From Nemertoderma westbladi (Eukaryota; Animalia; Xenacoelomorpha), in the NCBI GenBank assembly GCA_032718475.1, contig JAUCBJ010005129.1, positions 1 to 52,410 on the forward strand: DNA of 52,410 nt, written 5' to 3'. Position 1 is the first letter of the stretch. Each line of letters starts with the position of its first letter. Positions 1-10,789 of this stretch are shown piece after piece. Both the position numbers and the translations under genes were made by a program. The notes beneath the pieces were generated by a model. It ran no database searches. It was not told the origin of the DNA and was given only the letters and a program-made list of their open reading frames with translations.

Positions 1-234
1 TTCTTAAAGTACAATAAAGCCACTACTATATTCAAGTATTATTGGTAAGCATAGTATTAGGAATGCAAAGTTCAGATCCTTGTGTCTCGGCTAAACCAAG
101 CTCTGGGTAGACCTTGGAAACGACTTGCCTCTTCACACTGACATTGCTTCGTGCGATATTGCTCTTCTACCTTATATTAAATAATACATATAGTATCGTG
201 ATGTCCATATAACAGTAGCGTAAAACGCAAATAA

Positions 235-540
235 ATCTGTTAAACCTTTTGACCATCTGTAATTCTAGTCGATTAAGATATCGCGGCACCCACCGATATA
301 CTTGAAAGACAAATTCTAGAATCAGTGGTTGACGTCCCCAGACAAGCTCTGGGATAAATCGGTGCCCATCTTAAATATTAATTTAATATTTAGTAAAATC
401 TGTAAAATTCAGATCCTTTAAATTTCTAGTCAATTAAGATATCGCAGCACTTACCGATACTCTTAAAGGACAATTGTCATAGAATTAAGGATCCTAGGCC
501 CCCAGACCTGCTCTGGAATCAAATTGTGTCAATTTTAACA
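235..540 (+). repeat. Degenerate ~165-bp tandem duplication in the pol-to-accessory spacer
   Basis: ttctagtcgattaagatatcgcggcacccaccgata...ccccagacaagctctgg recurs as ttctagtcaattaagatatcgcagcacttaccgata...ccccagacctgctctgg. The same duplication is present in C (~30380-30700). Confidence 0.7.
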
Positions 541-1338
541 TCAAATAATAAAATTCACGGGAATAAATTTAAATTCATATTTTAAATGAATTTCATAAAT
601 TGTCATTTTGTGCAATTTATAACATTCCCAAAATTCCATTAATTAATAGATCATGGGAGCGGAGATTCATCCTATTGAGTGTATTAGAGTGCGAGAATCT
701 CCAACATATAGTCAATAGCCGATAAAATTAATAAAATCATACATAAAGAGGATATTGACAATTAAAGAATTATTATTAAATAGCATTCCAGATCTGGATG
801 CATGAGAATTACCCTAATTCTACCGCTAGCATTCCATAATGTCACCATAGCAACACCCACGCTAGAATTAGAAGCAAGTTAAAAGAACAATAGAAAGCTT
901 GTCCCATTGCATAGCATAGAGAATATATAGCACACTGTTAGTATCCAAGGATACACAGTAATAACGTGACATTCTGGAAGGCACTGACTAACGGACAAAT
1001 AGCCTGTATGTGTGCAGTTGGTGACAGTTGTGTGGAATTTGTGCGTTTATAGGTGAATGTTACTGCTAAAGTATGTTTACAGTAGCTAGTCGCAATTGTA
1101 AAAGTAGCCCAACTCTCCTATAGAAAGAACCTAAGTGGATCCAAGCCTTTGGGACGGACAGTGGAGTGACTTGTGCCGGTTATCGTTGTCGTGCTGTTGC
1201 TACATGTTGGCGTAAACACCGCGACGATGGTACATCGGCGCTGAGAATCCCACTGTCCGGGGGCAAAGAGAAGTAGGCAGCAACGCCCGCTCGCCTAAAT
1301 ATAAACTTATTTGATATTAATAAACTCAGATAGCAGAT

Positions 1339-2400
1339 ATGACGGAGTTGATAGAAGATGATCTTGGTATTAGGGAGCGATATACTCTACCTTTACAAGC
1401 ATTTGTGGATAGCTTAATACGCGGTGAAGCCGATCCAACCATTACGGAGGACGATGGTCGTTATATCGAACCGCCGATGTCCCAAGAGCAACTTGCGTGT
1501 GAATTGGACTATCGAAAATTCACCACTCGCTATACGAATCGTAATGGTACGTATATGGACTTCTTAACTACCGGCCATCCTATTGATTTACATGATACGG
1601 ACGATGTAGATACAGAGAGGGAAATGGTTCTCTTTAAATATCATACCCAGCGGAGTCGTAACGATAAACCGAGAATAGATCACGAAAATTCTATTCGTAA
1701 TAGACTGGAAAGAGAAAACGTTGAAGAACCGGATAAACGCATCGACTTCAACGAATACCTAGAATTTTTGAGAGAAACCTATCTCAACATCGCTAGTCAG
1801 CAGAACTTAGAGACTCGATATCCTCAAGGTATACATCACGACCCTGTGGTAGAACTCAAACGGCTCTATTTCACTATGATGTATCTTACCGCCGATCGTC
1901 CACTACCTGTTATCCCGGATAGTTTTGAACAAATGGAAGAATATTGCAAAACTGGAGAACGTTCACCCGCGTTTCCTCTACAGGACGTACGTCTTTGGTA
2001 TTATTGTGACGAATGCCCTAGACCTAACCAACAAACTGAAAGACACAAACATCCGCGGAGACGTTGCGCTAAACACAGTTTTATGCGTTACACTTACGAG
2101 AGTTTCGAGCGAAACCTGTTCGACGTACCACCTACGATCGCTCATCTTAAACGATCACTGAATAAACCCATGATCAGAGTTCCGGAATACTCGGTCAGGC
2201 CTCCTCATTCCCTAGTGAGACCTCAAACTCTTGATCCTAACAGTATCACTGATCCTCCCGAACTATATTCCCTGTTCAAAGACTTAGTGTTACCCGAACA
2301 ATTAATCGGTGGTGCCCCGGTAGTGGGTTCGTTAGACATTCGCCCATCCTACTTAGCCGGATTGGGACGCGGGCAGCTAATATCGCCCTTTGATCCTTAA
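1339..2400 (+). CDS. Accessory ORF of element A, N-terminal part (353 aa, unknown domain with a CxxC..H..C..H cluster)
   Basis: ATG-initiated open frame containing WYYCDECPRPNQQTERHKHPRRRCAKH. A degraded homolog lies in C (~28700-29569, -). Confidence 0.75.
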   Translation: MTELIEDDLGIRERYTLPLQAFVDSLIRGEADPTITEDDGRYIEPPMSQEQLACELDYRKFTTRYTNRNGTYMDFLTTGHPIDLHDTDDVDTEREMVLFKYHTQRSRNDKPRIDHENSIRNRLERENVEEPDKRIDFNEYLEFLRETYLNIASQQNLETRYPQGIHHDPVVELKRLYFTMMYLTADRPLPVIPDSFEQMEEYCKTGERSPAFPLQDVRLWYYCDECPRPNQQTERHKHPRRRCAKHSFMRYTYESFERNLFDVPPTIAHLKRSLNKPMIRVPEYSVRPPHSLVRPQTLDPNSITDPPELYSLFKDLVLPEQLIGGAPVVGSLDIRPSYLAGLGRGQLISPFDP

Positions 2401-5400
2401 TCGTCCAGGATTAAACCCGATGCAACCCGCCACGGAAGTCGAAGAGAGCGTTATAAGAAATGCTTTAGACGCCATTCGACAGAAAATCGGAAAGGGAACA
2501 CAAGATTGTTTAGAGAAACGTAAATTACAACAACAAGTCCAATCGGTGAAGGAGTTAGCCTTGCCACAGTTCGATAGAGAAATCCAAAACCTCGAGGAAG
2601 ACATCGAGCTTGGACGCACGTATTCTCTACAAGAATTTTTAGATGAACGCTTACAGAGACAAGCGGAAGAAAATCTACTCGAGGAGAAACACACGAAACT
2701 GGAAGAGAGAGAAGAAGCCGCATTAGCCCAACCTGAAGCTCAAATGCTCATGACGGACCTCTACTCTAACACCGTTCGTCATCCCTCGATGATTCCACAT
2801 TTCGGAGACAAGCTCTTCGCGACGATACAACCTCAACCGGTTGATATCAGTACAGGATCGCAAAATCTTATCGCTGACGCCCCTATGTTACAGCGTCCGC
2901 CGATCGAGGCCGCTCGTGTTGACGGTATACTCGTTGAACCTCCGGACAATCGAGCGGATCTTGTCCGTCGTATGGTACACGATGTCAACATACGCGCTAG
3001 ACCTTTACAGAACTCGTTTTATGGCATTAAAGACCACCCTTATTACGTTAATCTGACTCAATATTATATGGTAAAACCAGAAGACCCGACACATAATTTA
3101 AAGTTTCTACCACTAATAAATCCTCTAGACATTGTCGAACTCGAACAATTGCAGAAACATCTGGATCAGTTAGTAAAGGTAAACTCATTTAGAAAACCAT
3201 ATAACATTTCTCGAATCGAGAAAGATATAGAACCTCCTTATAATCTCGATGGATTTATTAAAACTCGATTAGTCCATTGGAATCTAGATGTATTATTTGA
3301 AGAAGAGAAAATACAAAGATATGGAAATGTGGAGACGTATACCACTCGGCACATGAAGTATAGTGATCTCCCTGACGCTAACCAATGCGCCACCTTGTGG
3401 CATCCAGTAGGGATGACCCTAGAGAACGCCACCAAGGAGTGGAATGAAACTCTTAATGTTATTGAGATGTATGGAGTTGTCACCTACGATAATGAAGGTA
3501 GCGTTCTGGTCGGAGAACTAGGAACTACGCGCATGATCCACATACGCGGACTAGCTGGTTCTACCCACGTGTTTACTCGAGCGTGTTCCGACGTGATTGA
3601 TTATTCTTTTGAAACTCTCACCGAAACACAAAAGAATCTCCGACATGGACAATTCGAACTCGCACAGCGTTACGTCATTGACACCGAACGCAAACCGGCC
3701 ATGGGCATCGATGGATCGATGTTACCCCAGCCCGTACTCGAGATGTTGTTCAACGAAATAATCCTTAAAATCGGCTCAGCTGTTTATGGAGATCTCCAAA
3801 ACGACTTTCGGAATATGGAGAACATTCCATACCCTTTCGTTGATACTCAGCTGATTGCTCCCTGGGCAGAAGGTCGAGGTTTCTTCCGCACCATGTATGC
3901 TAATACGTCTAGCAACATTACAAAGGTGCAACGAACTTCCATCGGACATCTTGCCTTTCAGGAATACGGATGGAATTTCAAAGTCGGAAATCCCATTAAC
4001 TATCAACAAGTATACGGAGACCATTATTCTCGATTATACTTTGATGGACCATTGACCGCACCTGGCGCCGTGTATAGCTTCATGAGTGTTCCACTCCGTC
4101 CCTCCTTAGCTATATACACGATCTTTGAAAACACCGCACTTGCCGGTTGGCTAGCCGATGTGTGCAGTCGTACCATACGCGCCCATCCATTAATATTTGG
4201 GACCAAACTCGCTAAGCTAGATGAACATAATAAATTCATCCGTTTCGAATGTTTCCGGCGATTTTTAACCCCGTTCCGCAATGTGGATAGCCAATTTAAA
4301 GACCGCGCTTTGACCAAGCTCAGCCTAAGAAACTCAGCTGCAGAGAAGTTGGATAGCGCTGGATTCGCCGTTTTCCAAGAGATTTGTATATCGAACTTGC
4401 ACTCCTCTGTTATACAAAGACCTCGAATCCCCACAGGTTATTCTGTCGTGGAAATTCAGACAATCGGTCCACCTGAAGAGACAGACACGCCCACTTCAGC
4501 TATGCACTTGGAAGACGAACCAATATGTCTAGAATCTGAGGAGATTCAGCCTATCGCGCCCCGGAACAGCGACAACGATTACATCATAGAATGGTATCAA
4601 GGTCCACAGTGTCTCACTGCGTACGATTATCGACATGCCAACTATGTTTCTAGGCAACGTTGTCGGTTATGCGCATCGAGAGACCATGATACGCCCATGG
4701 ACACCAACGTCCGCTGTTCCTATTTCCAAGAACAACCGACTATGGAAATTTATTGCGCATATTGCAGACTCAATAACTTGCATATCTTTGCGGTTTGCCC
4801 TCAATTTATGACTCAATGTCACCATTGTCAACTAAAGGGACATGCCAGTTTCGATTGCCCTTTTAATCACGATTTGGAAAGCGTAGATGAAATGATCACA
4901 CTACGTTACATCAGAGCTTGGGAAGCGAACACTGATTTACATTGTGATTCGCGCCATCGCTATTATCCCGGACGCGCTTACGAAGGAGTTTATGCGTTCC
5001 ATCCTTATCTATTCGCTTCGGTCGAACAGAAATCACGCATATCGAGTTACGAGCTACTGAAGCGCGTCGGAGAATGTATTTCAACCAAATTCGTACGCAA
5101 ATTTCTCAGGAGTGTTAATCCTAGCGACCTTCATTCCTATAACTTAATCAATTATATCCGTCAGGATCCGGACTATGGAGACTTGTTTGTTAACTCACAC
5201 CCCAAGTTACAGGAAGTATATCGACGGCCTTACGAATACCGAGCCCGCGAACGCGAGTTGGAAAGAACCATTAAACCCCGGAGGTTTCTAACTGCCTATG
5301 GTCCACCCACGGCCCTCGTTCAGACCACTCGTAAAGGACCCGTAAGAGCGGCTGTCTTAAAACGAGCTCTCAAAGCCGTTAGACCCCTCTCCCCCGACGT

Positions 5401-5590
5401 TGATGTCAATCAACCCGGTACTTCGACTGGCGGATACACCGACCATAATCCTACACCCTCTGATGCAATCATATTGCACCCTTCACCCAGAAGTTATAGC
5501 CCTCCTTGTAAAGTGGCTCGCCCCAAAGAGAAAAGGACTCTGGCTAGCTTTAAAAAACTGCGTAAACGCCATCCGCGCAAGAAAGACTAA
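2390..5590 (+). CDS. Accessory protein of element A: coiled coil, DEDDy 3'-5' exonuclease-like domain, Zn-finger array, basic NLS-like tail
   Basis: 1066-aa open frame. ExoI-like VVTYDNEG, LPQPVLEMLFNEIILKIGSAVYGDL, FVDTQ, YTIFE. Zn units CRLCASRDH..C, CAYCRLNNLHIFAVCP, CHHCQLKGHASFDC. C-terminus KKLRKRHPRKKD. Confidence 0.8.
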   Translation: MILNRPGLNPMQPATEVEESVIRNALDAIRQKIGKGTQDCLEKRKLQQQVQSVKELALPQFDREIQNLEEDIELGRTYSLQEFLDERLQRQAEENLLEEKHTKLEEREEAALAQPEAQMLMTDLYSNTVRHPSMIPHFGDKLFATIQPQPVDISTGSQNLIADAPMLQRPPIEAARVDGILVEPPDNRADLVRRMVHDVNIRARPLQNSFYGIKDHPYYVNLTQYYMVKPEDPTHNLKFLPLINPLDIVELEQLQKHLDQLVKVNSFRKPYNISRIEKDIEPPYNLDGFIKTRLVHWNLDVLFEEEKIQRYGNVETYTTRHMKYSDLPDANQCATLWHPVGMTLENATKEWNETLNVIEMYGVVTYDNEGSVLVGELGTTRMIHIRGLAGSTHVFTRACSDVIDYSFETLTETQKNLRHGQFELAQRYVIDTERKPAMGIDGSMLPQPVLEMLFNEIILKIGSAVYGDLQNDFRNMENIPYPFVDTQLIAPWAEGRGFFRTMYANTSSNITKVQRTSIGHLAFQEYGWNFKVGNPINYQQVYGDHYSRLYFDGPLTAPGAVYSFMSVPLRPSLAIYTIFENTALAGWLADVCSRTIRAHPLIFGTKLAKLDEHNKFIRFECFRRFLTPFRNVDSQFKDRALTKLSLRNSAAEKLDSAGFAVFQEICISNLHSSVIQRPRIPTGYSVVEIQTIGPPEETDTPTSAMHLEDEPICLESEEIQPIAPRNSDNDYIIEWYQGPQCLTAYDYRHANYVSRQRCRLCASRDHDTPMDTNVRCSYFQEQPTMEIYCAYCRLNNLHIFAVCPQFMTQCHHCQLKGHASFDCPFNHDLESVDEMITLRYIRAWEANTDLHCDSRHRYYPGRAYEGVYAFHPYLFASVEQKSRISSYELLKRVGECISTKFVRKFLRSVNPSDLHSYNLINYIRQDPDYGDLFVNSHPKLQEVYRRPYEYRARERELERTIKPRRFLTAYGPPTALVQTTRKGPVRAAVLKRALKAVRPLSPDVDVNQPGTSTGGYTDHNPTPSDAIILHPSPRSYSPPCKVARPKEKRTLASFKKLRKRHPRKKD

Positions 5591-5660
5591 CTGTTTAGAG
5601 TATTTACATATATTAGAAACTGTGATTTTTGTATATTTATAAACTTGAATCCCATTTTCT

Positions 5661-5668
5661 GGGAGCGG
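5661..5668 (+). promoter_or_regulatory. Polypurine tract of element A
   Basis: gggagcgg lies immediately before the TG LTR start and is identical to the PPT of C (28163-28170, -). Confidence 0.75.
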
Positions 5669-6480
5669 TGTAAAAGCTTTTGCGGATATACTCAGTCCCC
5701 CTCGCCCGCAAGGTACCGTTATAGGTGTTTTAACGGACATAAAAGTCATTCTTCTATATACGTGCTTTGGAGGACATGGTAAGGCAAAAAACCCGCAATG
5801 CACCAAATACCCTTGCACAGCTTAGCCTTGATAATTCAGATTACGACATCTAACAGCTGGTTGCTGACATGGAAACGGCCATTGGACACATGGTTCTTTG
5901 TTTGCTTAACAGCCAATCAGAGCGATTTTTTCTGTGGATGTGGAGCTTTTGGCAGATCATGCTAGGAGTGTTCAGTCTTACTGTTTTTTCTTGATACTGT
6001 TGTGTTGTTTCGATCTAGGCCAGGAACACCGGCTCTAGAGTCAATTCGTTTTTATACTTTAGAAGAAACATTAGTAGGCTTAAATTATAGAGCGTATAAC
6101 TGTTAACTTATCTTATCTCAATTCGGTCTTACATTATCGGTTCAACATACGTTATTATACTGCTGTTTACTGTTGTGTTTTGGTTGAATATTATTTGGAG
6201 AACATCTATAAAGAACCCAAATTTCCCAATTTTCTTGATACACTACAGGTTAGAGAGACGGGTTATATATAGCGATTGCGACTTATATTATTGTGGTTTG
6301 TAGTGAATTTAATGCTATTTGATAAGCACTACATGAGTCCGTTGCTGTTCTCTTTATATATGATAAAATTCATTGACGGTCGGCAAATTAGTGAGCAGTA
6401 TTGTGTGTTACCGGTAGTGTGCCTGATTGTGACTGATAACTAAGCATTTCCTAAAGAATGCGCCTCATACGTGAATCATA
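5669..6480 (+). repeat. 3' LTR of element A, 3'-truncated
   Basis: Starts TGTAAAAGCTTTTG and shares patches with the C LTR (e.g. aagcatttcctaaagaatgcgcc). Stops abruptly at the junction with the B LTR. Confidence 0.75.
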
Positions 6481-7091
6481 AGGGATCCCGACTGGATTTG
6501 TAGACTACGCGTCACCGTGTTTACCTTAGGGATTGTGTTGATGTCTAGGCCGAGGCCGTTGTAGCGAAAATAATAAGAGTTGATGTTGTCTCTTGATATT
6601 TAGATAACAGTATTAGTAACACAGTAAGGATTGCAGATAAGCATTGATACTATGAGATGGATACCGGTAGGTGTGTGTGTTGGTGATGGTGATGGTGTGA
6701 AACATCACCGGTCTGCACTAAACCTGATAACTGGGTAACTGTACCGGTAACTAATATGCATTGATAATATATGTGATCACTCCTACACTGCTGTGGCCTT
6801 TCACCTAGTGGATGCTCTCCCTCGCCCCTATTGGCTGATAATCTACTTCACGCCCCTCGCCCTCCCCTCTCTGGGAGTGCTTCCCCCCCTGTTGGCCCCT
6901 GCTGGTTGTTTCCCCTCCCGAGGTGTTTTGACCTCTAACCTCCCTTTGTGTGGCTTTGGGGTTGTGTTGTCCCCGGTGTTGGTTGTGATACGAGATTGGT
7001 TATTGCCAATCTCGTATCTCCAACACATTGCTGAAAAAGGTGCCACTTCCCATTTTATGAGGGTAATGCAGCGGAACTGAATCTGCTTACA
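6479..7091 (-). repeat. 3' LTR of element B (about 11 terminal bp missing)
   Basis: Direct repeat of 20181-20789 with a few percent differences by eye. Ends ...gcttaca next to the PPT ctccccccc. Confidence 0.9.
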
Positions 7092-7100
7092 CTCCCCCCC
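7092..7100 (-). promoter_or_regulatory. Polypurine tract of element B
   Basis: The minus strand reads a G-run then AG immediately before the TGTAAG LTR start. The same tract is in D (48209-48217). Confidence 0.8.
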
Positions 7101-7854
7101 ATGCTATCTTCCCGGTGAGAAGATAGCATCACCCATAAGTGCGCTTCAATTCCGCTGGAACCCTATCTACTATCGGGTGTGGGGTGGAGTTCTTTTCTTG
7201 GAGTCGGCTTTCCAGGCCGCTCCCTCTGGGTATGATATTACTACCCCTTCTTGGTGCAACCGCAACCTATGTTGCACCAAGACATCTGGCGTCTCGGTTC
7301 GAGACAATTGTGGACTCTTCTCACACAATTTTTTATATCTCCACTCTACTCTAGACTGACTCTAACTTCTCTAGCTCCACTCTAACTCCACTCTAACTCC
7401 ACTCTACTTTCGAACCTCTTTGTCCCACACTCTGCCTCTTACTCCTCGCTCCCCACATTTGAATTACACCTGTAATCTTTCCACACGTGTCAACACTACA
7501 TCTCATTATCTCCCCTGCGCTCTTGTACTCAACCCTTACTTACATTGCCCCATTCACTCCTGATGAGCCTCACCCTCCCCTTCCGTGCCGTCGCACTTAA
7601 GAAGTGTGAAGTGTGTAGTGCCACGTCTAGTCTCCCGTCCTCCTGTCATAGTCGATTGGTCCCCAGTCCCACTAGCTAGTTGGAAAAGGTTACATGACTA
7701 TAGTACTTACTTTGATTATATTGATTTGAATTATACTCTATTGATTATTACATACGTACATACTAATTGCACTTTTATTAAATTTGCACTTAGGAGTTCG
7801 TATTACTTCGCGTGTGGTGCCTTCCAGGCATCCCCACATCTCCCCCTCCAAGTC

Positions 7855-10291
7855 CTAGTTCGCTCCTCCCGTCTTTGGGAACCATCTCAGTTCCTTCCCT
7901 CTGTTGTTGTCCTGTCTCGGTCGCTTCCTGGTTGTCACCGCTTCCTTGCTCTTGTCCTCCTTAAGGCTCCTCATCCTTGCCGTTACCTCCTTACTGATTC
8001 CCGTGGTCGATTCCTTGGGCGCTGGTGTTATTAGCTCCCGGTATCGCTTCGCAGGTGGCCCCTCCGAATGCCCCTGCTGCTTTCCCCTAGTAGCGTCCCA
8101 CAAGATCACCTTCATGGCCCGCGGCACATGCTCCGCCAGGAAATCTCTGAACTCTCCCCGGTTCTCTGGCGCCCATCTATCTAAATACCTCTGTGTATTG
8201 ATCACTCCACCATACGATGCCGCCGTCGATGCTGCGTCATGACGCCGACGTCGGCCCACTCCTCGAAGATCTTAAACTTCTCCTCGTCGTGCATCCAGTC
8301 GCACTGGCGTCCATAGTGTCTCCGAAAGTTACACTTAGAGCACCGGTTGTGCATCGTGGACACGCCCCCATCCACGGCAGTAGAGGCAACACGTCCCCTT
8401 CTGGAATCAAGCAGCTCTTTTCCTGGTGAGTAAGCCTCCCGCAGTAATTGCAGCCATGTATCAACGCATCCCGCCCCAAGTCGTCCTTTGCCCCAAGCGA
8501 TCTCCTCGGTCTATGGAGCCGTTGGTAAGCAAACTTCTGGACGTTAACGTCTCTGTCCATGTCTATGTCCTCATCTTGCCTCGGCATCGTCTCTCCGAAC
8601 ACTACCTGTGGTGCCATTCCCGGTTGCTCGCCCAACCTGATGGTGCTCCCCGCGAAATCCATCGCCGGCTCCTCATGCACCCAGGCCCGCTTACCGGGTT
8701 TATCCCAGAAGGCCCTCACTCCGCTGGCCGTCACCACTCTCCCGCCAACCCAGTCCGTGTCTGAGTGGCCGATCCTTCGATGGGCGGCATCTCCCCTAAC
8801 TCGTCGTCATCCTCATCCCCCGCTGGGAGTGGATCCAAACCCGGTATCTCGGCAGACCCACTGTGTCCCTTCCCGCCTTGGCTCTCGCCCGTAACTTTCC
8901 ATCCTTCCAGTTCCCTTGGTCTTTTCTTCGCGAAATCTCCCTCGGCGCCTGCTGGCATGGGCATCGCCTGCAATCCCGATGTCGCCTGTTTCGGCGATCC
9001 TTCCGTCCATCCCAACTCCCGCCCCAGAGACTCGCCCGAGCTCCCTGATCCCCACTGTAACTCGTCCAAGGCCTGGGTCTCGAACCCGTAGCCTCTCCTC
9101 TAGCTTCTGCCTCTCTTTAGTCTGCCTCCCTCCTTTCTTGTCTGACGAATTCTTCCAATCGCTTCTCATCTAGTCTATCCGCCTCCAGCTTCTCCCACCT
9201 CTGATATGGTGTATCCACCCCCCTGTCTACTAGATATCGGCAGTTATAGTATACCGACTCGCCCTTCCGCCCCGGGTGGTCTGCCAGACCCTCGAAGGCC
9301 ACTTTTAAGGCTCTTCTGCAGTTCAGGGGTGATCCCGACAGCAGAAACGCCATTGGCTCTCTTCCGATAACCACAGCCATGAATAGGTTTAGTAAACCTA
9401 TCATTATCCAATCCTCCTGCAGGATATATCGCTTCTGATATATCTTTATCACTCCTCTCCGGAATTGATACACCTCCTGTTTCCCTGGCCTCGCTCCCCA
9501 CTTCAGCGAGTTTGCCAAATCCGCTCCATACTCCTCCCTGAATTTACCCCAGTCCATCAGCTTGTGGCAGACGAGCCCCATCAGCTGGCCCATCGCCACT
9601 GCTCCGCAATGTCCTGTGTTCTCTACTAGTTCAAACCCGGCTGGCCCTGTCATAGCCATGTAGACCGTTTGCATGTCCAGAAGGTTGGGGGTCTCCGGTC
9701 CGACGATCCTCTCCGCATCGTCGCGGATCGCCGATCCCACCTTTATTGTCGACTTCTCCCTTACTAGGTTCTGCACCGCCCTTGGCAACCGGTTCAACTT
9801 CGGCCCGCTCTTCTTCCCATACGTTCCCAGATCGAACAGGAATATGTCCCCATTTTGCGCAGCCAAATGTAGAAGTATGGTTCTGGCCGACCCCGCCGAC
9901 CCTCTTCTCGAACCCTCGTCGTCTTCCACGGTCCCTTCGTCGTCTAGGACCATGTATCCTCCCCTGCTGACGGACTCTACGAACCTCTTCCAGTCCTTTC
10001 TCGGTGGTTCCCTCGGATACTTCGGTATCCTGAACTTCGCCTCATCTCCCTTCACTACGTAGTGGAAATGCTCGAGGATCGCGTTGTCTAGCTATGGTGT
10101 CCCGTAGGTCCCGACCAGCCTCCTCTCGTGCACCTCCCTGAAATGGTCCTGCAGCGCTCGCGCCTTGTGACCTTTCTCTAACCGCTCGTAGTATCCCCTC
10201 GTCTTCTCCTCCGGATGCCTCTGGGTGAAATCTACTAGTATCTCCTTTCCACCTATTCCGCCTTTCTCATTCTGACCAGTCTCTCCGCCAT
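7855..10291 (-). pseudogene. Accessory gene of element B: DEDDy exonuclease, acidic linker, Zn-finger array, basic tail; frameshifted
   Basis: ORF 9117-10055 has YMVLDDEG, ILLHLAAQNGDIFLFDL, LPRAVQNLVREKSTIKVGSAIRDDAERI, LLDMQ and YILQED. Downstream fragments give CNYCGRLTHQEKSC and CSKCNFRRHYGRQC. Colinear with the more intact D copy; the start (ATG at 10291) is tentative. Confidence 0.82.
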
Positions 10292-10789
10292 TTCGAACGC
10301 TCCCGATCGCTCACCTACAAGGTGGTGCCTTACCAAGGCTCAATATAGATGAGTGATGTAGTTAGGATGGTCTGTGCGGTCCGATATTGGCCTATCTCTC
10401 TCAGAACACTAGGTTTTTTACACTATTTTGCCTATGTACCCCCTAAAATGCTAAATTTCCCTAAATTCCCTAAATCTGTCAGATACTTTTATTATTGTTC
10501 TAGAATTTTCTGTCTACTGTTGCTATAATTTGTTGAATTTTATTTTTAATACTAATTTTTAATTCTGCTACTGTGCTATTAATATTTATAATGGATTATT
10601 TTGTCTAAATAACCCCTATACTTTGCATACAGGGTAGACTAGCTATTCCTTAATGTGCTAGTCTGCACCAGGTAACCTCCTGGCCCTGTATCTAACATTC
10701 TGACCTACTCTATGGGCTGTGCAGTACAGTAGTATGTCTCGTGCGGCCTACACGGTCTGTCTTGCTGTACCCACGTGCCCCCCTCTCAC

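Larger units (their letters stand above)
1..6480 (+). mobile_element. BEL/Pao LTR retrotransposon A (family 1), 3' part: post-pol spacer, accessory gene, PPT and truncated 3' LTR
   Basis: 1-~2700 and ~5437-5685 are homologous to the reverse complement of the internal region of BEL element C (~30930 to 28150). PPT gggagcgg is followed by TGTAAAAGCTTTTG, the same terminus as the C LTR. Confidence 0.88.

Noticed and set aside
2390-5590. env gene in the third-ORF position
   Set aside because: No signal peptide or transmembrane anchor is seen; nuclease, Zn-finger and NLS-like motifs are present instead.
6793-8034. Short + strand ORFs repeated at ~20497 and 48120-49188
   Set aside because: They lie in LTR or 3' UTR sequence, most lack an ATG start, and frames are not preserved between B and D.
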